DNA from: Candidatus Heimdallarchaeota archaeon
Lineage (GTDB): Archaea; Asgardarchaeota; Heimdallarchaeia; Heimdallarchaeales; Heimdallarchaeaceae
Direction of reading: 5' to 3'
Assembly (NCBI GenBank): GCA_019057815.1
Contig: JAHLWR010000024.1
Coordinates: forward strand, 1 to 52,514
DNA length: 52,514 bases
The notes beneath the pieces are model-generated. The model was not told where the DNA came from. It made no database searches and saw only the letters and a list, made by a program, of their open reading frames with translations. Below, one piece after another: positions 47,093-52,514 of the stretch; within the stretch, counting starts at the first letter, position 1, and every line of letters begins with the position of its first letter. The translations under genes and the position numbers were made by a program.

Positions 47093-48490
47093 ATGGAAAA
47101 AATTTCTAAAGTTCTAATAATAGGTGCAGGAAAAGCTGGAAAACTACTTCTTGATGAATTAAAAAATCCAGAGTATAGAAATTATAGAATTCTAGGTTTT
47201 ATTGATGATGATGTAAAAAAAATAGACACGGTTATAGAGAACATTAGAGTCTTAGGAAACACAAATCAAATCCCAGAGATTGTCAAGAAGGGGCAAGTAA
47301 ACCTATGTATAATCGCGATTCCATCAATCAAGGGTGAAAAAATAAATAGAATCTTAAACATAATACAAAAAACACAATCAGACTTCATGATAGTACCTCC
47401 TATTTTTGAGAACCTAAAAATTAATTCCATCGCTAAACCTAGAAAAATCGAAGTAGACGATTTACTTCGATCTCCCACAGAAAATGTTCTAACTGAAAAG
47501 GCGATGAAAAAACTACAAAACAATGTATTTTTGGTTACAGGAGCAGCTGGATCTATTGGTTCGGAAATTTGTAATCAGCTAGCTAGTTGTTCTCCAAAAA
47601 GAATTATAGGTCTAGATAAAGCTGAAACTCCTCTGTTCGAAATAAGTAACTCAATGAAAGAAGACTATCCTGATGTGGATTTTGTTCCGATTCTCTGTAA
47701 TATTAAAGAAAAGGAAAATCTTCAAGATATAACAAACCAAAGTAAACCTGATATAATTTATCATTGTGCAGCATTCAAACATGTAGGGTTAATGGAAAAT
47801 TTTCCTCTGGAATGTGTGAAAAATAACATAGAAGGTTCTATTAATCTTATTAATGCAGCTAATAAATCAAAAGTAGAGAGATTTGTTTTTGTTTCGACCG
47901 ACAAAGCAGTCTATCCCACCAGTGTTATGGGAATGTCCAAAAGAATTATAGAGAAATATATTCTCAGTGAAAATGATGCTTACACTAAATTCATGGTAGT
48001 CAGATTTGGCAATGTAATTGAGAGCAATGGTAGTGTAATTCCTATATTCAAAAAACAGATAGAAAAAGGAGGTCCCATTCTTTTAACAGACGAGAGAATG
48101 GAAAGGTATTTTATGACCATAGCAGAAGCTGCACAATTAGTGATACAAGCTTCAATATTTGGATCAGGGGGAGAACTATTTGTCTTAGACATGGGAGAAC
48201 CATATAAAATCAAAAACATCATAGACAGATTACTTCAACTTTATAGCTTGGATAAGGATGATATAGAAATTAAAATAATAGGTAAAAGAAAAGGTGAAAA
48301 GCTGTCTGAAAAACTGTTCTATGAATTTGAGGGTCCTGCTCACTCACAGCATAATAGAATTTTGAAATGTCAATATGAAAATTATAGTTTTCCTGAAAAT
48401 TTTAGACAAATAGTTGAAGAGTTTTCAATAAATGTTAAAGACTTGAATAAGGAAGAAATAAGAGATAATCTAGAAAATCTAGTTGCGTAA
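47093..48490 (+). CDS. CapD/PglF-like UDP-sugar 4,6-dehydratase without the N-terminal TM domain
   Basis: IIGAGKAG, VTGAAGSIGSE, HCAAFKHV, STDKAV, GMSKR, VRFGNV, RYFMTIAEA, GEKLSE. Confidence 0.93.
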   Translation: MEKISKVLIIGAGKAGKLLLDELKNPEYRNYRILGFIDDDVKKIDTVIENIRVLGNTNQIPEIVKKGQVNLCIIAIPSIKGEKINRILNIIQKTQSDFMIVPPIFENLKINSIAKPRKIEVDDLLRSPTENVLTEKAMKKLQNNVFLVTGAAGSIGSEICNQLASCSPKRIIGLDKAETPLFEISNSMKEDYPDVDFVPILCNIKEKENLQDITNQSKPDIIYHCAAFKHVGLMENFPLECVKNNIEGSINLINAANKSKVERFVFVSTDKAVYPTSVMGMSKRIIEKYILSENDAYTKFMVVRFGNVIESNGSVIPIFKKQIEKGGPILLTDERMERYFMTIAEAAQLVIQASIFGSGGELFVLDMGEPYKIKNIIDRLLQLYSLDKDDIEIKIIGKRKGEKLSEKLFYEFEGPAHSQHNRILKCQYENYSFPENFRQIVEEFSINVKDLNKEEIRDNLENLVA

Positions 48491-48883
48491 TATAATTATT
48501 ATTAGATAGAAAAATATAGATTTGATGAGAATGAATGTTTCCACCTATGAAAATCTATTCTTGAAGTATGTAAGAAAGTTCTATACGGATGATTCTTCGG
48601 TTCAAAGAAATATTATTCTAAAGGAGAAACACTCATTACACGTCAGAGATAATATTATTGAGATTTCTAAAGGATTGAAGCTAGCTTCAGAAGACATTAA
48701 ATTAGCTATAATAATAGCTATTTTTCACGACATAGGTCGTTTTAAACAATTCTCAACCTATAAAACATTCGATGATTCTAAGTTAGTAAATCATGCAAAA
48801 TATGGTGTTCAGGTTTTAGAAGAAGAAGGGTTTCTAGAAAAATTGGAGGAATCAGATAAAACTATTGTCTACACTGCAATTAT

Positions 48884-50306
48884 GAATAATATTTTACCTC
48901 CTTGTCACCTTAATCGTATACAGAATCACCTTAAAATACTTTTTTCGATAGGAATTACAGGTGTTTTTATACCAATCTCTAGCTAAAACTAGGATGACCA
49001 AAGTTCTACGCGTGGAATGTATAGAAGTAGACTATCATCCAGAGTTAAGTAGACTGTGCCATCAAGTAAAAAATCTCTATAATCGAGCAAATTTTCTTGT
49101 AAAGAATTCTTTGCAGAAGGATAATAAGATCCTCTTTTACTCCGACCTCGATACTCTACTCAAACAGGAAGAATGTTATAGAGCTCTCCCTGCTCACACT
49201 GCCCAACACACCCTCAAACTTCTTTGCAGAAATTGGAAAGGCTACTTCCAGGCAATAAAGGAGTGGAGAACGAATCCTGAGCAGTTTTTCGCCATGCCCC
49301 GTCCTCCCGGGTACAAAGCTAAGAATGGGGAGGTGGTAGCGATCTTCACCAACCAACAAGCAAAGCTAGTCAATGAGTGGCTGGTTTTACCTAAGAAAGT
49401 GGGGTTTTATTATAAAACAAGGCTTGCTCCTCTAACAAAACTGCGAGAAGTGAGAATCGTACCAAGAAGAGTAGGGTATACATTGGAGCTAGTTTACCAG
49501 AAAACCTTACCTAAACCCAAAAAACAAGCTACAAGAAAAGGAGCAATAGATTTAGGGATGGTCAACCTTGTGACCTTTGTGGATAACCTCAGCTCGCAAC
49601 CGATTGTTATCAAGGACACAGGGAAGGGAATAAAATCCATTACACAATTTTATTTGAAAAAACAGACACAATTACGTGAACAATATGTCCAACAGCAAAG
49701 AAAGAAGCTGAAGGAGAAGAATAGATTAAATTATGGTCCAGCATACTATAAGCTCAGGGAAAAATGGAGGAAGAAACTGAAGGATGCCATACACAAACTA
49801 ACAAGCTATTTAGTAGCATTGTGGGTAGAACGAGAATTGCATGAGGTAATCATCGGCTATAACAAGAAATGGAAACAAGGGGTGCATTTCTGGAAAAAGA
49901 TCACCCAAATGTTTGTTGCTATCCCTTATATGCGTATTATCAACATGCTGAAGTATAAGGCTGCAGAGAAAGGGATAAAAGTCGAACTCATCCCTGAAAA
50001 ATATACTTCCAAGTGCAGTTTTCTGGATAACGAATTTCCCCAAGAAAGACAGAAGTATGCTGGTCGAAGAGTCATCCGAGGGTTGTTCAAGTCTGCCCAA
50101 GGTTTTCTCATCAATGCTGATGTGAACGCAGCCTTTAATATTCTAGTCAAAAGCGATCCGAAAGCACTTCCCAAACGTAGTGTGAACGGGGTAGGAGGAT
50201 ACGTGATGTATCCACTCAGAGTGAGCATAGAAGTATTGCCATGACCTCTAAGAAATACACTCAACCACCACTTGTCTAATGCGACAAGGTGACAATAACT
50301 CATCAT
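48884..50306 (+). mobile_element. tnpB-only element; junction ambiguous within ATGAAT
   Basis: Excision restores the HD reading frame; ATGAAT at 48882-48887 and 50305-50310; subterminal ttgtcacctt / aaggtgacaa. Confidence 0.88.
48994..50244 (+). CDS. tnpB: TnpB-family nuclease with rearranged RuvC-II and no Zn finger
   Basis: KNLYNRANF, PRPPGYK, FTNQQ, AIDLG, IIGYN, PEKYTSKCSFLD, RGLF, INADVNAAFNI. Confidence 0.93.
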   Translation: MTKVLRVECIEVDYHPELSRLCHQVKNLYNRANFLVKNSLQKDNKILFYSDLDTLLKQEECYRALPAHTAQHTLKLLCRNWKGYFQAIKEWRTNPEQFFAMPRPPGYKAKNGEVVAIFTNQQAKLVNEWLVLPKKVGFYYKTRLAPLTKLREVRIVPRRVGYTLELVYQKTLPKPKKQATRKGAIDLGMVNLVTFVDNLSSQPIVIKDTGKGIKSITQFYLKKQTQLREQYVQQQRKKLKEKNRLNYGPAYYKLREKWRKKLKDAIHKLTSYLVALWVERELHEVIIGYNKKWKQGVHFWKKITQMFVAIPYMRIINMLKYKAAEKGIKVELIPEKYTSKCSFLDNEFPQERQKYAGRRVIRGLFKSAQGFLINADVNAAFNILVKSDPKALPKRSVNGVGGYVMYPLRVSIEVLP

Positions 50307-50777
50307 GAATCATAATGCTATAGTTCTACCAGAAATAGAAGATAAAAAAACGCTCCTCTTTTGCAAGCTTATTCGAGATGCAGATAAATTAGATGTTTGA
50401 GATGTTATTCTAACAGAAAATGAAAAAGATGAAAATAATGATATAAGTTTAGGATTCTCAAATAATACAAGTTTCAATCCTGAAATAGTAAAAGCAATAA
50501 AAAAGAAGCAAGTAATTGATTATAAACTAATAACATCAGCATTAGATTTTAAGTTAATCTTGCTCAGTTGGGTATACAATATCAACTTTGATTACACTTT
50601 CAATTTGATTAAAGAAAGAGAAGTGGTTAAACGAATAATAGAAATGCTCCCAGAAAATGAGGAAATTCAATCTATAAAGGAAGAGATAAGGAATTATATA
50701 GATAGTAGAATAGAACCGTAATTATCTTGTTTACTTTGTTGGTCAAATGAAAATAGAAAAAAAAGGAAAAAAGAATT

Positions 50778-52376
50778 TTACTTCTTCTTTTTATAGAAAT
50801 AAGTTGCTCCACCAGCACCAATTAATACTATTGCAGCAACGGAAACTGATACACCAATAACCCAACCTTCTACTGCAACAGCTTCAATAGTATATATTAT
50901 ATATCCTACAGCTTGAAGTCCATCACTGTTTTCAATAATGATAGTTAAATTGTAAGATCCTTTACTATAATCAGCAAGAGGAATCTCAATGGACAATTCA
51001 GTAGGTTCCCATTCAGGTAAGAACTCAAAATTGTGTTCAAGCAGAAGAGTGTCACTATCATAAATACTTAAGTTACCGTCAGTTGTTATTCTACTTCTGT
51101 AGGAATTCCAGACTGTAAAGTTTACAAATCCATTTTCTTTCCTAATTGAAGTCAAAGATTCTTGATCAACTTCGAATAGTGGTTGAGCATAGAATACTTC
51201 AGAACGGAAAGCAAGAGTTTCATTTATAGCAAGTTCCCAGATCACTTCTCCAGCTTGATTTACTTCTGTCCAATATTTCATCGGTGTGAGACCATTACCG
51301 CAAAATGATCCTAAGTAAGTATTATGGGGGAGTTTATCCACTCCAGCGCGATTACCACTATAATGACTGGGACTGGGACCTTCATATGAGAATACTTCGC
51401 GAGCAATCATATTATCTTCATCGATTACAAATTCAACGAACCTACTCGTAACACTGGCATAATCCGTTCTATTATGATAGTCATTATCGAAGATTGTAAA
51501 GTGATTATTTCCTACATGTTGAATATCATGCGCACCATAGAAAAGTCCAGGTTTTTCATTACCACATTTATCATACATAATGAAATCACTTTCATAAGCA
51601 CCAACTTGCCATAAGACATCTCCAGTTTTCTTATCAATTTTGAAGACTGTACTTAAGCTTCGAGCATTGAAATAGATATAATCATTTTCGATATCCCAAT
51701 GTAAGGCGTTGCCGTGACACCAATCTGCAGGACCTTTTCTTGTTTCATTGAACAAATAATATTCTGTTATATTGAATGGAATATGTTCTGATCCTCGCCA
51801 TTCCCATAAAACCGTTCCATTTTGAAGACATTCAAAGATTGTATCATATTCAATATCGAGATCTTCTCCTCCAACTTCTACTGTACCGACTTTTTCTCTT
51901 CCTAATCCTAGAAAAGTTTCAGTTAGTGGATTATACTCATAATCGTGGTGATAGCCAAGAGATTCTATGTGCTCTTGTTCATTCGTCTCTAAATTCCAGA
52001 AAGTAATATGGGATTTATTATCAAAAACTAATGTTCTAGAATCAATCATACGAGTAGTTTGAATATAACCTTTTATCGCAGCTACAATGTTCCCATCAAC
52101 ACCAATAATAACTGTTGTGACATTTGCTTTATCATTATTAATAAAGAGATCTGTAACCAAGTATCGATCAATTACTTCATCAGTTTTGAGAATCGATTGT
52201 TTGTCTTCTAATACCAAATTTAAAAGAACTTCTGGTAATGAGATTAAGTCATCACTCAAACCCAGAGATGATTTAAGTGATATATTTGTATCTATGTTTT
52301 GAGTCAATGCTTGTATCCCTGACAGATTTATCAGTAAAGCAAATACTATTGTTGCAGTTATTATTATTTTCTTCAT
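50778..52376 (-). CDS. Arylsulfate sulfotransferase (ASST)-family protein, exported, with Ig-like domain and TM anchor
   Basis: YHHD, WEW, DWCHGNAL, GAHD, IFDN, GEVIWE; signal peptide; C-terminal TM plus KKKK. Confidence 0.85.
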   Translation of the reverse strand: MKKIIITATIVFALLINLSGIQALTQNIDTNISLKSSLGLSDDLISLPEVLLNLVLEDKQSILKTDEVIDRYLVTDLFINNDKANVTTVIIGVDGNIVAAIKGYIQTTRMIDSRTLVFDNKSHITFWNLETNEQEHIESLGYHHDYEYNPLTETFLGLGREKVGTVEVGGEDLDIEYDTIFECLQNGTVLWEWRGSEHIPFNITEYYLFNETRKGPADWCHGNALHWDIENDYIYFNARSLSTVFKIDKKTGDVLWQVGAYESDFIMYDKCGNEKPGLFYGAHDIQHVGNNHFTIFDNDYHNRTDYASVTSRFVEFVIDEDNMIAREVFSYEGPSPSHYSGNRAGVDKLPHNTYLGSFCGNGLTPMKYWTEVNQAGEVIWELAINETLAFRSEVFYAQPLFEVDQESLTSIRKENGFVNFTVWNSYRSRITTDGNLSIYDSDTLLLEHNFEFLPEWEPTELSIEIPLADYSKGSYNLTIIIENSDGLQAVGYIIYTIEAVAVEGWVIGVSVSVAAIVLIGAGGATYFYKKKK

Positions 52377-52514
52377 TTATACTACCCTTTCTTAATTATT
52401 GTTATTCTTGTATAACAATTCAATCAATTATAAAAATTCTTTCCTTTAAATTTCTAAATTGTTAACTCAACAGACATGGGTTACACTTGAGGGTAATTGG
52501 AGAGTCAAGGGGAC

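Larger units (their letters stand above)
48522..50721 (+). pseudogene. HD-domain phosphohydrolase interrupted by a tnpB element, plus an internal TGA at 50398
   Basis: HSLHV, FHDIGRF, NHA...TAIMN | HNAIVLP...LIRDADKLDV*DV...LSWVYNINF to TAA at 50719-50721. Confidence 0.88.

Noticed and set aside
26857-50400. Genome-wide UGA-to-Trp recoding
   Set aside because: Many intact genes end in TGA (e.g. 4976, 9187, 24579) and Trp is encoded by TGG throughout
608-52465. Short antisense or overlapping ORFs in the track (e.g. 608-796, 14436-14753, 29514-29768, 49926-50306)
   Set aside because: They are shadows of longer, motif-bearing genes and have no recognisable features
1-52514. CRISPR array, tRNA/rRNA genes, or a DGR/retron reverse transcriptase
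   Set aside because: No regularly spaced repeats, cloverleaf-like GC-rich segments or RT motifs were seen by eye

Overview
AT-rich archaeal accessory region downstream of a fused GMP synthase gene (guaA). An Asgard (Heimdallarchaeia-like) origin is inferred from the style of the TPR and beta-helix surface proteins and from an archaeal-type asparagine synthetase; this is not proven. Contents: several signal-peptide, C-terminally anchored surface proteins; a nonulosonic-acid glycan cluster (GT4, flippase, pyruvyltransferase, AsnB-like, NeuA-PseG fusion, NeuB); sulfate activation and transfer genes (TauE, Sat-CysC fusion, CysQ, arylsulfate sulfotransferase); four toxin-antitoxin modules, three with apparently crippled toxins; two solo TnpB elements and an IS5-family element with resolvable ends; and a duplicated/triplicated methyltransferase-microprotein-epimerase block with chimeric ends. 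The strongest candidate for something new is a tightly coupled three-gene operon (27340-28738, minus strand). It joins a 205-aa protein whose C-terminus matches the eukaryotic COMM domain pattern to an AbrB-type antitoxin and an unannotated RelE-like toxin. All calls come from reading motifs by eye; no searches were run.
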